A stretch of 64,000 bases of DNA from Eledone cirrhosa (lineage: Eukaryota): NCBI GenBank assembly GCA_964016885.1, contig OZ024760.1, forward strand, positions 20,522,001 to 20,586,000. The letters run 5' to 3'. Position 1 is the first letter of the stretch, and the number at the start of each line of letters is the position of its first letter. Shown in pieces: positions 63,665 through 64,000 of the stretch. The notes under the pieces were generated by a model. The model was given only the letters and a program-made list of their open reading frames with translations. It was not told the DNA's origin and did not search any database. Made by a program: the position numbers and the translations under genes.

Positions 63665-64000
63665 TGAAACATACTGGGTTTTATTTCATATCTATGAGAT
63701 GGATGTATTTTGACTGGTTCTTGTATATTATTAGAAGATATTAACTCCTTTGTTACCATATTTCTGGCTGAGAGGATGTGAGATTTGATTCCTTATAGTG
63801 ACTAATGGCAACTAAGTTTAGCTTTGCCTGTGATGTTTACCTTTTCAAACCTGTTTGATCAGTCAGCTCCCTAATTTAGATGGTAAAATGTTGTCAGAGG
63901 TCAATGGTTAGAGTACTGCTGCTGTGTGGGATTTGATGTTTGAGTCCCTGTAGTAACTGCTAGTAACTCTTCTGTCTCTAGGTCTTTACCTGATTTTATA

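Overview
AT-rich, repeat-dense animal genomic DNA, most likely an octopus or other coleoid cephalopod. That assignment is inferred from HCDICGK/HTGEKP zinc-finger debris, CORE- and Meta-type SINEs with RTE tails, and (TA)n density. Four spliced genes were reconstructed by hand with consistent GT-AG sites and phases. DNMT1 (minus, 17 coding exons, runs off the left edge), PHAX (minus, 5 exons, 493 aa) and MED22/SURF5 (minus, 3 coding exons, 142 aa) are followed by RPL7A/SURF3 (plus, exons 1-2 only). MED22 and RPL7A are head-to-head, as in the vertebrate Surfeit locus. After RPL7A exon 2, more than 11 kb contains no recognisable coding exon but holds a locally amplified, same-strand cluster of snoRNA-like genes: 8 SNORD53-like, 3 SNORD103-like, an orphan C/D family and one or two H/ACA families. 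Introns also contain several families of hammerhead-ribozyme-bearing, Penelope-like fold-back elements in (TA)n tracts. Other repeats include RTE and CR1/L2 LINE fragments, SINEs, Helitron, piggyBac and Tc1-mariner MITEs, and minisatellites. Most ORFs in the supplied track are microsatellite or repeat artefacts. rRNA target and family assignments come from recalled conserved sequences and need Infernal/snoScan confirmation.
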